DNA of 64,000 nt, from NCBI GenBank assembly GCA_030141605.1, contig JAQGDQ010000050.1, forward strand, positions 569,971-633,970, given 5' to 3'. Positions 1 through 21,700 of the stretch are shown here, piece by piece. This DNA comes from Tubiluchus corallicola (taxonomy: Eukaryota > Animalia > Priapulida). Under the pieces are notes generated by a model. It did no database searches, was not told the origin of the DNA, and worked only from the letters and a program-made list of their open reading frames with translations. The position numbers were made by a program, and so were the translations under genes. The number at the start of each line of letters is the position of its first letter. Within the stretch, counting starts at the first letter, position 1.

Positions 1-889
1 CATTTGTAACATAAACTTTGAAGAGCATTCATTAATGTTACTCTGACTTATACACAATACATGATTAAAGGTTCTAACATTAGTAAAAAAGAGTTATTGA
101 ATAATAATTGCATTAGCGTAAGCCCATCTTAAAACAGCAGACATTGTTTTGAAAAATCTGAAACAAAGTCGTACATTTTATTACTGGTATTTTGTTTATT
201 TTAAAGATGCTTTAAATAAACTCTCCTTATACTCATTTCTTGATTATTAGTCCATTAAACTAATTTCTTTAATGAATTTTGTTGTTTATGTTTTATTTTA
301 TTTAGTTCTCTTTTGCTTTTTAAGTGCTACTCTGGCTTGTGAGCTTAAAATGCAAATAAAGTGGTGTATTATGATGAGTAACGATTATGAATAGCGATAT
401 TTTAGTAGACCAGCTTTTACTACATTCCCAAATTACAACTAAAACAACGCTTCAATATAAACTCCAGCCTATGGGTTTAATTTAGCATAGCGGGTGGCAA
501 GTGAAGAAATAATTTTCCGTCTTCAGCAATATTGAATGAATCCATGTTATTTAACGCACTATAGAGAACATCTTAATTATCAACTGTAATCCGATCAGCT
601 CCCTCAAACAACTGCCCTGATTGTAAAGTGCGCGGAATACAAATGTGCGCGCCTCATTAATGACAATAATAACTAAACTTTCGGGATTAACCTTATAAAC
701 TGCAGCTGCTGCCACTGCCCAAATTTAATCAAGAATAGCTAGAAACTGATTCTCTGCTGCCTACAGGCATCTCCAACTAGCATGGCTTAATTCTGAACTG
801 ATATACAGTTAGAACATTATTCTGTGGGAACAATTTAGCGAAAAATATGCGTTGCGTGATCATTGAGATGAAGATTTATACCTTTAGAT

Positions 890-1680
890 GTCTAACACTT
901 GTAGAGAGAGACCTATCTCTTGTAGGAGCTATAACTTTTAAAAAAACTTACCATTTCTTGAAACTAATTACTTGCAGAAACTTATCGTATGTCGAAACAT
1001 ACGGTTATGGAGAGTACTACAAACCTATCACTTGTAAAATGTTTTCCTTTGTTGTAGAGACCTATTACCTGCAGAAACCTGTCACTTGTTGAGATCTATA
1101 GTTTTTAGAGGTTATCATTTGTAGAGACATATTACTAAATCTTGTAGGAACCTATCTCTTGTCAAAACATGTCAGTTGTACAGACCTATCACTTGTAGAG
1201 ACCTATCACTTGTAGAAACCTATCACTTGCTGAGATCTGTAGTTTGTAAAGGTCATCACTTGTAGAGACCTATCACTTGTAGAGACCTTTCACTTGTAGA
1301 GACCTATCACTTGTAGAAACCTATCACTAGTAGAAACCTATCACTTGCTGAGATCTGTAGTTTGTAAAGGTCATCACTTGTAGAGGCCTTTCACTTGTAG
1401 AAACCTATCACTAGTAGAAACCTATCACTTGCTGAGATCTGTAGTTTGTAAAGGTCATCACTTGTAGAGACCTATCACTTGCAGAAACATATAAAACTAT
1501 CCGTTACAAGTGATGAATTCAAGCATGGGTGCCTGGAAAGCAATAAGCTTGTGTTCGAGTCCCAGTGGAGGTACAAACCTTTTCAGACTATAAAATTTAG
1601 TATTGCTTTCGTGCATTTATTAGATTATGGAGACCTATCATTTATAGAAATCAATCACTTGTACAGACCTAACAATTATA
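890..1680 (+). repeat. 17-bp minisatellite (TGTAGAGACCTATCACT), degenerate at the edges, with higher-order units
   Basis: Near-perfect units at about 1180-1490. The variant block CTTGCTGAGATCTGTAGTTTGTAAAGGTCATCACTTG recurs three times (about 1226, 1344, 1428). Confidence 0.9.
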
Positions 1681-2115
1681 GAGTCCTAGAACTTTTAGAT
1701 CCTTTCCATCGCAATCAGTTTGCTATGTTTCCAAGTTTTTCATGTTTCAGTAATTCTGCACATACGGTAAAAAATGTGCATTAGTCAATCAGTCAGTCAT
1801 TCAATCACTCAGTCGGTTGGTCAGTCATGAATGTTGTCTGTTGTCGCACGCTCTCTCTTGCTTACTATACGTTATACATACATTATACGCATAATAAATT
1901 TGTGAGTTTTGTTTTAAAATGTATTGCTGCCAAATTTCCAATTTGGAAGCATAAATCTTTGTTTGAAATTGCGCTAATTTATTGTGTCTTTCATTGCTAA
2001 TTAATTTTACCAATAATTTCGTTTTCTTTGACAACAGCATGGAGTCATTTCCACATCCAATAGCGCCGCAAGACACTTCAGTGACAGCAGTTTGCCGTCA
2101 TCAACTACAACGACA

Positions 2116-11008
<8,893 letters not shown>

Positions 11009-12952
11009 GACAATGATGCATGAAAATTTGCTGTGTAATCAAGTTAAAATAATTATTTATTGTAGAGAAGCAAATTTGCTTAAAAACAATTTTTTTCAAA
11101 AGATCATATAAATACCGTATTCTTGACTATATAACTAATATAAATGTCTTAGATTTATTTAAGCCTGTGTCGTGTTTTTTTCTGTATTTGTATTAATATT
11201 ATCATCTGCAATTTTTAAGATAAATGTTTTGTATAATAGTTTATAGTTTAAGTTGTACAAGCACTAAAATTGTGCATGGTGCTTATGTTATTTGGCGATA
11301 AAAAGTTTATACAGGACGCAGTCATGAAAATGTAAAATCCACTCACAGGTATAGAGCAATGATTAGTACTTAAAGCTTAATTATATGCAAATAAGTAGTG
11401 CAAAAATATAAAATACTATAGACTTGACAGAGCTGTAGTATGAACGAATGTTAACCTGACTCTGTAACATTAAATCTGTAAAATTTTATAGTGTATATTT
11501 GCTGATTTTCTTTTGGGTAGCTCACAGAATTGCATTATTCTTGCGAAAACGTTTCTGGTCAAAATAAATTGCCTAAAGACAACTCCAAAGTGTAATTACG
11601 AATTTTCTAAAATTGTAATATTTACCTTATGATTGGGGTTGTTTTTGTACTTTCAGTTAAGGTACACTGTCATCAAAAAGAGCTACAAACTAGGCAGAAC
11701 AATTATCTTCTGTCACCATGCGTGCACAACGGTTCAAAACTCACAAAATTGTCCTGACAGGAAGCAGATCTTTTTGTAAACAAAGCACGTCATTAGTGAC
11801 TTCTTCTAAGTGCAAAAAATGTAGTAAAGTCCGCCCTAGAAGCTGTTGAGATAATAAAGTGAAATTTTGGTTATTTTATATTATATTCTTACCATGAAAT
11901 TTAAAAGAAATATTTCAGTCTCTACTTCTGCCAGTCTAGAAAATTTATAGAAACTTCGCATTGTTTAACGTTTTTGTCCTTTATTTGTGCTAATTACAGC
12001 TCCCTATGGTAACCGCCATAAACAAACCGAGTTTCTAGTGATTAGGTCGACTTATTGATGGGAAAAGCGACTAGTATTTTCTACAGCTTAGACCAATCAA
12101 TATTTTCGAAACCAAAAATTAATTTGTTAATTAATTAGCTAACTAATTGACCGGCAAAATGCTTGTTTTCCTGTCTTGTAAACTTGCGGAATTATTGTGA
12201 GAATAGGATTACCTAGAATTAAATTTAATATATAATTGCTGTATCAGCTAAATCTCTTGTTTTTTGTTAGGTATTTACATGCATGACGCTCAATTTAAAT
12301 GTTACGCATGCGCATAAGCGGTTGTTATTTACATGTTTTAAGCAACTTTTAATTTTCTCCGTGGGATATACGTTTCTCGTTAAGCAAATTAAGTCAAAGA
12401 AAATGCTTTATTCCGCTGAGTGTTACATTTAATTAGACGCAAATATTTTTGATAAAGTAGTATCAGTGCCTATTAATCTGACAATTAATTTCTGAACATC
12501 AAAAGGCTTACCGATCGCTTAATTAGGCATGAATTTTGAATGGCGCAAGAAGGTTATTACAGGAGCAGATTTAAGCCTCAAACTTTGCTGAATGCATCAC
12601 AGATTTGCAAGGTTACAACAGTTAAAGTCTTCAGAAATGTGAGTGTCCTATTAACGAGTGTGTTCCTATACTAGTTTAGTGTGAATTTAATTGGTTTGAT
12701 TACAAAACAATTCATTTAGGAATAATGCAGCGACTTCAGTAGCGTCACAAATTATTTTCACTTCTCTTTTCGATGTAAAGTAACCAATTTCAATCGTTAC
12801 ATCTCAAACAAATAATGTTGCTTTGGAACTATTAATTCAAAATGATAAACTACACGTTTTTAATGATAATTTGCTTATTTTAATTTTAAAGTACTCAGTC
12901 TTCGATTTTATTACAAAATATTTATTACGAATTAACATGTAGTGCCTGTGTT

Positions 12953-13247
12953 CACATACCTACTACAGCGTCTTTAAATGCGGTTAGGAATGTATCCTAC
13001 AGCGCACTGAACCTCATCATGGTTCACACCACGAGACGATAAAGTGCAGTTCCTACCAAATCATCTGCCAGAAGCTGTTGAAGCCTCTGAAGTTACCTAC
13101 GTGTTCAGGAAAACAGCTTCTGTGGTGTGGTACAGATGATATGACCGTATCCGCACTTTATCGCCTCGTGGTGTGAACCATGATGAGGTTCTGTGCACTG
13201 CAGGATACATTACTACCTGCATTTAAAGACACTGTAGTATGTATGTG
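12953..13247. repeat. 295-bp palindromic foldback element
   Basis: 12953-13047 is the reverse complement of 13153-13247 (95 nt, about 9 mismatches counted by eye, no gaps). The interior also pairs (ATCATCTG/CAGATGAT, CAGAAGCTGTT/AACAGCTTCTG). Confidence 0.93.
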
Positions 13248-16200
13248 CAGTGCAGCAGTACACACCTCTCACTACATTTAAAATTGTTTTTAGTAGACCT
13301 GTAACTGTTGCTAGTTAACGCTGATTGACGTTGATTAATAAATTAACATTGATCTATAAAATATTTGATCTCACAGACTCTCCTGATTAAAATCTTTATG
13401 GCGTTTGTAAAATGTGAAAATGCGATGATTAAATAATGTAATTACAAGTCTGGCTTCCCCGGGGACGAAGACACGAACAAAAGCGGAATTTTCGCCGCGG
13501 CTGTACATCACGCTGTTAATTATTTGAATTAAGTGCAGCAATATGCCGCCATGTCTCCCGGGAGCTGTGTTCAATATATGATACTGAGTGTAATTACTTA
13601 TACCTCCCTATATTTCAATTAAACCTAATTGCCTTAGTAATTGTGTTTTAGTTAACAGAGCGAGACGACGGGGAGCCATATGTACACTTTATCTTCGCCA
13701 TGTCAACACTTCACAAGCCGCGCTTTGGATGAGGTAGATCACGTGACCACGTCACGTGAGCAGCCGGATTTGTTTCTTTGTTGGTTGGTTAACTTACTAA
13801 ATGTCATTACTAAAATTCTCTCAATTAATGCCATTAATAATACATGTCTAATGGTTTCTTAGCGTAAAGATTCGAAGAGGTTTGCTTACAAATTTCGACA
13901 TCATTGTAATCAATCTAATTAATTAATTTACACTACATAATTAATGTGTGTTACTAATTTCCACATGAATGTACAACGTAACCTTTTAATAAGACAGAGG
14001 GCATTTTAACAACATTTATATTTTACACGATGCCTGTATAATGTATATTATCAACATAATCATAGACAATTTTTACAAACATGCAGAAGTTAAATTTAAT
14101 TTACTAAAATCGAGCTTATAAAAAAGGGAGCGTGGACATTGCTTAGAATTATCAATGAAAGAACAAAAATAGTGCAACTGTCCCATTTTCCAAAAAAGAC
14201 GCTTCGTCACCAAAAAAAGTATAGCGAGTTCCAGAGGCTTCTAGACCATTGGAGCATTAGAATAGAAACGCAGATTAGATTAGATTATATTAGATTAGAA
14301 GACTCAGCCAATCAGAATGAGATGCGTCGAAGCTTTCTTTATTTTTAAGCTGTGATTTTTGACGAGGAGTTGGCTTTGCACGTGAATAACATTCTGATAA
14401 ATTCCCCCTCTCATTAGGTACGTACAGCAAACCACCAATTATTCGACTAAAATGCGTCCACGAGTATATGGCAATGTCGTCCAAAATTGGAAAGCTGGAC
14501 TCCATACACTATCCATATATAAGTCATGTATAAGTTTATAGTTCGTTTACAACTGTCTAAACGCCACATATGGACGTGAATAAACAGTCTCGTTATAAAT
14601 AACATAAAAATTACGATATCCAAAACTGGCTGTGCTTAATTTACCTATGCCAAAATTACCTATACCATATAACCAAATTTCCTATATGTCTTATATGCCT
14701 AAATGTTCTTTGTAATAAACAAATTGCATATGCAACTGGCGTATCTTAAAGACTTCCTATATATTTTTTTTCCAAAATAGTATCGAAATACTCGTATCCA
14801 ATTACCTACGCGTGCTCAAATCATTATACACTGTCTTACTAATAACACTTATATGCACAAGCGTTCACAAAACCATAGGAAGCCATTGATTGCACAGATT
14901 AGGATTTGCATTATACATATCCCACAAACGCCATCCCTCAGGCAATAAGCAATGGTAATCTAATATAATCTGATACTAGCTAGTCATCACTTGAACCTCC
15001 CGTAGGACTAACGTTAAATACATGAGCCAAGTTTTATATTGACTTAATGAAGTACAGAAAAATAGGGAAGGAATCCTAAAAGGGTATTACTGAATCTACG
15101 CACGACAAGGATCGAACATGATTGCTGTATCGTGAACACGGCTGTTACTTTTAAACAATGGCCTCAAACATTACGTTCTGAGTTCTGATTAAGAGCGCCA
15201 TTGATCGATTTTTGTCTTCGAACTTCTGTCGCCATTCTTACGCCAAACAAAAATCATATGTATATCACAGTCATCTAACTTCCAGCCTACTGCAGGTTTT
15301 CCATAGTTTCCGATTTTTGCGAAGTCATTAGAAGTTCAAACAATGGCTTCCCTTTTATTGAACAGAAGTTGTCAGTGATTTTGAAATTCGAAATTTATTC
15401 TGATGAAAAACAACTTCGAAATTTTTCAAATCGGGTCTAAATGATTTTTTTAAAGGGTACAGCTAATTTATGAGCTGCCATTCTTGAGCTCCTGTTAAAG
15501 AAAATATAATTAATGATAGGAACGCAGTATTATAACTTATTGAGCATGCAATATAGTTCATTTGCAAAACCTTCCTTTTTATTGCTTTAGCAAAAAAGGT
15601 GCTAGTAAGGAGGTGTCAAAATAAGAAACGGATTAATTACATTTAGCTGTTGGTCAATGCCAATACGGTGCGCACGTTTTTCAGGCTAATATTGCTCATA
15701 GTAATAAAATAAATTTATTTTTCTGTCGTTTATCGAATAAAAATTTATTTATTTGCGAAATTTATTTACATTTACAATTACATCACTTAGTTTGCACCGT
15801 AAAGTTTCCTGAGCATTGTTCTGATCATGACGTATATAGCTTAACTACTCGTTGCACAAGGTAGACAATTTATTTCTGTGCAAATGTAAATATTTGCGTT
15901 ACAGGTAGATTAGCTAAGATTGGGTTAACGTAATTGAGAATAACTAAACGATAAATTAATTAATCAATTAATTGATTCGGTTTAGTGGGTTTGTCGGTTC
16001 AATATCTGTAATTTTGTATAAGTCCTATTATTTTAATTAGTTTTCGTATGACGCTGTTTTATAAAAGCGCTAAACAACGAAGTATTTTTGTAAAAAAAAA
16101 AGCTAAGAAAAACAAGACCTTCATAATATTAAAGTCATTTTTAATTTTCTCTGATGGCTGCTGTGATTTGATGCCTTACTAAAACCAACAGTGAATCGGG

Positions 16201-17033
16201 GGCCATGTTTGTCATCCTTAGAATAACACCGCGCCGTACGTATGTCGGAAATTACTGAGAATCAGTCGCCTGAGAATTGTATCAACAAAATAAGGAAATT
16301 GAATGACAGCTCGGCTTTAACTTACATTACACAGAATAGCATTCAAATTCCATATGTCAAAACACAATTACTGGGATGTCCATTACTCGGTTAACAGTGG
16401 TAACCTCAAGAGAGTTTCCTTGACGATGAGGTACGTGCGTATATTACAGAGATATGCGGAAATACAAGATTCTCGAAAAGTTGAACATCAAATAAGAATA
16501 TTCGGAAAACTCTTAATAATTAAAGACAATAGTCCAAGGATAAGTGATTTTTATGGTGATTAGCACTCAAATTGATCAGAAGGCCTTTGTTTTGACAGTT
16601 ACTTGTTAACTTTCACGATAGATGTTTCACAGTTTTAGTTCGTATTTCATGGCATTCATTACTTCTTTTTAAATGGATAAATAACAGCTCGTAAAAATTT
16701 ATGTGCCTCCTTCTCCTTTTATTTTTCTTTCAGGATTACATATGCCACTTTGTTCGACACCTAATCAATTTTTAGATACAATACTAACTAAATGAAATTG
16801 TTCTAGTAATAACAAGGACATTAAACTAGACATACTAACTAAGTATGTCTAGACATACTAACTAAGCGTTTAAATAGTCAGTAATTCCTCTAGCATCAAT
16901 GAACGAAAAAGCATTTAAAAATTGCCTTTTGAACTATACTAGTGTTGGACTAAAATCTGTTATAATCACAATGGTTCGCGGATTAGGTCATCCCATTGGA
17001 GTTGTAAATTGGATGGTAAGATTAAATAGAAAC

Positions 17034-17150
17034 CAGACGGTACAGTCTAGTGGAACACGTCCGGTATTGCGGCTGGGTAATACCACATACTTTAAAAATG
17101 GCACCTGCTGTTGCCCTGCCGCGGTGTTTATGGCAAAAGCGGGTTAATAA
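17034..17150 (+). mobile_element. possible degenerate tRNA-derived SINE fragment
   Basis: A-box-like GGTACAGTCTAGTGG followed by ATACCACATACTTTAAAAATGGCACCTGCTGTTGCCCTGC, which resembles invertebrate SINE bodies; B box not intact. Confidence 0.3.
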
Positions 17151-17586
17151 TTGTCTGTGTTATGTAGGTATAGAATTGTTATTTACAGTCAACAAAGAGT
17201 TGAATTGTTCATCCAAAAGCCGACTTTAAATAAAGATTGTTATAATATTACATTTGTTAGGTCAGTATTGACTTTTTCACATGCATTTCTTTCCTGTCGA
17301 CTAGATGGGTTTTAAAAACGTAAGAAATTCGTTCGTTTCATGATGATCTAATCATTTCCATAATTATTTAGTAGTGAATTGCTCGAGTATGAGCAAACTA
17401 AAACTGTTATTAGGTAACATTAAGAATAAATAACGTTAATGAGAATATCGTATCGTTACTGAATTAGCTGATGTACAAAATGAAGTAAGAAGCAAGGCCG
17501 TGGAAGACAGAACAGAATTAATAAGCTGTAGCTACTACTACTACGATTGCGACTACGACCACGACAATGACTCCAGCTAAGCACAA

Positions 17587-17921
<335 letters not shown>

Positions 17922-19138
17922 AATGCCAACAGAATAGAACGGTAAAGAACTTGTATTGGTCATTAAATCCAAGGCAGTATTTGTATTCCTTGTTTTACAA
18001 TTAGCTCAAGGCAGTTTATCCAACAACCCATGACAAACTGCGAAAATCTCGGACATGTAGACAGTAATATTATCACCTAGACAAGTCAGTCATGTGCTAC
18101 CCTACGTTGGTTTCTTACGCTGGTGCTGTATTGGATCAGACAAGTTGAATGTATGGTACGTAAGTGCTTACACTTTACTTAACAGGTGTTAAAAGTGCAA
18201 GTTATGTATCCTACTGAAAATAGTGGATGAGCTGACAGCTTCAGCTGTGACAAATGTGACAGTAATAGCTGTGATATAATGTTGAATGCTTTATAAATAT
18301 TAAATTTGTTTCCTTTTACTGCTTATACTGGCAATATAGTACTGCACATATTCTGTTTTCAGGTTTAATTACAAATATGCAGCCGATATAAAGATGCCAA
18401 AGAAATAGAAAACGATGTAAAATATCTATTGCAGGTTAAACAAATTCCAAAAAACCACTATAGGCGGTTATGCAATGTTATGCATAGCTAAATAAGCTCT
18501 AACTTAGGGCCTTGCAATCTGGAAAAGCCTCAAATTTTCGGATCTTTCCTTGTATTTAAAATTTAAACATTTGTCGATATGTAATTTGATTATGAGACAT
18601 TGTGGAAGCCCATTTAGAGCTGATTTTAGTTCGCACGTTTCAGACATCCTCATAATACCCCTACAGAGGTACCACCACCACCAAAGGCAGCTATAGTAAG
18701 TTACTATTAGTAACTTCGGAAAAATCATTGTTGTAGGCATAGATAACAAGGTTTGGGTTGTTGCGGAAAACTCTGATAAAGCTATTGCTAATGAGCAAAA
18801 TACCAACAATAATTCCTGGGTAGAAGAATGCCCTCGTATAATATCTGCTTTGGTTCAAAGTGCTTTCTCTAATGTTGCGCCTGTAATCAACTTTGGCTTA
18901 CCTGGACAAATTGGTAAGTAGAAGAGGCCATTTTTTAAATCAGCTTCAGTATTATTGTATTCGATTCGCAAATAAATATAACCTCCGTGTGTCTTTGTAA
19001 CTATTATTTATATGGCATACTAATTACAAAACAGTTCAATAACTCACTCATTTGTGAGTGTTGCGCCATCTTTCGAGACTGTACAGTACAGTAAGTCTTT
19101 AAACAGAAATCAGTCTTTGTACATCTAAATATGGAAGC

Positions 19139-20397
19139 TCAATCCAATGCGTAGTTGGTCCACAAAATCACGAAATCAGCAAAGCAGGCCTTGAAACGAA
19201 AGAGCATTCCACTAGTTACTTCCACGGCACTGAGACAACCTCTACGATGTGTTGCATCGAGCAGTCTATAGTAGAAGTTCTCCTGTGGCGTCGGTAGGGA
19301 TTCCAACCAGCTGTCCGCCAAGTGAAATAAAGAGGTTGCGATACGTGCGAAATTTCTCCATCGTGAAACTGTAGGAATACCACCTATCTGCTATAACAAC
19401 TGCTATGTACTCCTAGCCACAAACACTTCCGTTTGACGGTACTGCATAGTAGTTTCCAACTTGGCATGCGTGAGCGGACGCAGGTATTCTGACAAGCTTA
19501 CTGCAACAGACTCGGCACATAAAGACGAAACAAATTTACAGTCAAAGTACTACTGTGCAGCAACAGCAGCTAAGTAGAGAAAAACTTGATTAAACGTTTA
19601 ACCTGCTTCTATGTTCTGGCTGTAACTAAAGCTACCGAAACCGGCTCAACTCTGACCAGTGAAGTACAGCTAAAAGAAAACGTTTTTGGGCAGAAAGACT
19701 AGCGCCGAGTGTTCACAGCTGCACGACTGAACACAACAGGGTCCTATGTTTAAAAAACGTGTTCTGGCATTTCTAACCATTACGGAACATAAAAATCTAT
19801 CAACTAAAACCTGTGTTCTGGCATATCTAGTCACTACAGAATACTAAACCACCATTTTAAAACAGTGTTCTGGCATCTCTAGCCATTACGGAACACACGA
19901 AAACCACGGTGACTCACTATACACGAAATTTGTCATGCAAAGCCACCAAAAGGATGTACGTCACCTCTTCCTAAATGCAGGCTATTATCGCCTCGTTGAG
20001 AACTTGATAAAAACTTAGAACTGCTTAAGCCAAGGCCGTTCAATTGCCTTTCAACACAAAAAAGGTTAAGGAAAGTACAAGACTGTATACAAAACAAAAA
20101 ATACGCGGAGTAGTACAGATAAGCTGTCTGCCTAAAACAAAATGCAGCACTCACCAAACCCACTAATGTTTATCCATTCCAGACGGAGATTTCGTATCCC
20201 ACTTCTGACACCACTGAACTCCAGATGGCGCCTCGCCATCCGGGTGTGGTTCGGCCCTGCAGGTGCGTAGGCGGAGCAGCTTAATAATGATTTCCACATG
20301 AGCATAATTAAACACAACTGAATTAAATAATGCTGACTATTTAACAGGAAAGAGATTTAAATATTACAGTCAGTGTACAGAGGATGACGTCACAACA
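19139..20397 (-). mobile_element. truncated Gypsy-like LTR retrotransposon remnant (5' LTR, tRNA-Leu PBS, leader repeats, possible gag fragment)
   Basis: Minus strand: putative LTR TGTTGTGACG...GTTCA (20397-20215), then PBS TGGTGTCAGAAGTGGGAT (20213-20196), about 53-bp leader repeats (19759, 19813, 19865) and gag-like LADSWLESLP. Confidence 0.65.
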
Positions 20398-20399
20398 AT

Positions 20400-20913
20400 T
20401 GCTTTGCATCAGCGAAATTCGCCCGAAATGGAACCTCCAATCAACTCATCACAGCTCCTCACTGTGGAGGTACCTTAAAATGCAGCCCACATCGTCGTTT
20501 AGCCCTGTTCCTCCTCTTTCGAAAGAGCCATGTATCGCCTTCCAAAAGTCCCACCAGGCGCCGCTAGAATGTTTTTTCTGCAGGCTTCTTGGTCAAAATT
20601 TCGAAAAATCGAGAGTTAGGTCCGGGAAAACGCCCGTTGCGGCAGGATTAAATGGATTGAATGGGCTATCTATCCATGGTTAGCGCCACACCTAGCACGT
20701 TCCCGTTCTCTAGAAATAAGAGGTATAAGTTTTGCCAAAATCGGCCGAAAAGTGGAGATTTCTTTGGAGGTTTTTCGCCCATTGTTCCTCTTAATAATGG
20801 GCCCGAATCGAAAAACAAACCCTCAATGGGATCACACTAGATCGAAATCTTTCGTTTGATATATATATCGTCGCAAATAGTGCCGGCGTTGGAGCTGTAG
20901 CCGCGAATCTTGT
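20400..20913. mobile_element. GC-richer interspersed repeat, possibly Helentron-associated
   Basis: Two related submotifs (CTTTCGAAAGAGCCATGTATCGCC and CTTTCGTTTGATATATATATCGTC) and a CTTGT terminus; composition differs from the flanks. Confidence 0.35.
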
Positions 20914-21439
20914 AAATATATAAATCCCTTACCATCGAAATTAACATATACGATACAGGGTTAGTAAATTAAGAGCTAAATAAATTTTAGAGGCTAATTG
21001 TGTAATAATTCGTTCCATTTCGCAAAAAAGTAAGAGCTGGCTGGCAATTCTATGTGGTGAATTAACAATAGCAGTTATAATACCATTGCCAGTGTGCAAT
21101 AATAACATATTTCGAATGCTATAACGTGATCTTCTGCGAATATGACTAAAATGGAGTAATGATAGATTTACACAGGTCAGAAGCACTGCAAACGCACATT
21201 AAGCGAAACTGTGCTTCTGATGTATTTCTCCTGAATGCCTACAGGCAATGCAGCATTATCAAGGATTACTTTATAAGATAATAACGTGTTTCAGGCGTGA
21301 AAATAATAATTTTAGACATTTGCTTTTTGTCAAAATTAAAATCAATTTTATGAAGATTTGCAAAGCTAGCGCAATTATTCAGAAGTCTTGGAGTACAGGA
21401 ACGGAAGTTACAAATAAGACTATGTCATCAGCATGAATT

Positions 21440-21700
21440 AAATGGTTAATGATGTTCCCTGCAAGATGTCAACGTTTATACCATTAAAATTTACAGATAG
21501 TTCATGAATGCAAACATTGACCAATAAAGGCAAGAGAATCCGTCCTTGACGGACACCACTTGTAGTATGAAAACATTATAGGAACTGTATGTCATACCAA
21601 GCGGCTAAGAAATTTATTACGCTGTTAGGAAACTGATAATGAACAATCATGATTGTTGCGTGAACATGACCTCAGCTGTGTCGAAACGTTGCAGCTGTTG
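21440..21700 (+). mobile_element. possible Penelope-like element 3' remnant
   Basis: Frameshifted GIY-YIG-like fragments (DVPCK, IKARES, ENPSL), then TGAACATGAC-CTCAGCTGT-GTCGAAACGTTG, which resembles the PLE hammerhead-type motif. Confidence 0.35.

Noticed and set aside
890-1680. CRISPR-like array
   Set aside because: Head-to-tail 17-bp units with no unique spacers, no cas genes, and a eukaryotic context. The same applies to 26130-26453.
847-1784. ORFs 847-1092 and 1479-1784
   Set aside because: Translations of degenerate minisatellite sequence.
11521-11594. Alternative SKOR last exon after the TTTTGGGTAG acceptor
   Set aside because: The 10908 exon already gives the conserved C-terminus, and the resemblance here is too weak to support.
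20150-20213. tRNA-Leu gene
   Set aside because: Only the 3' end including CCA is present and there is no 5' half; better explained as a retroelement PBS.
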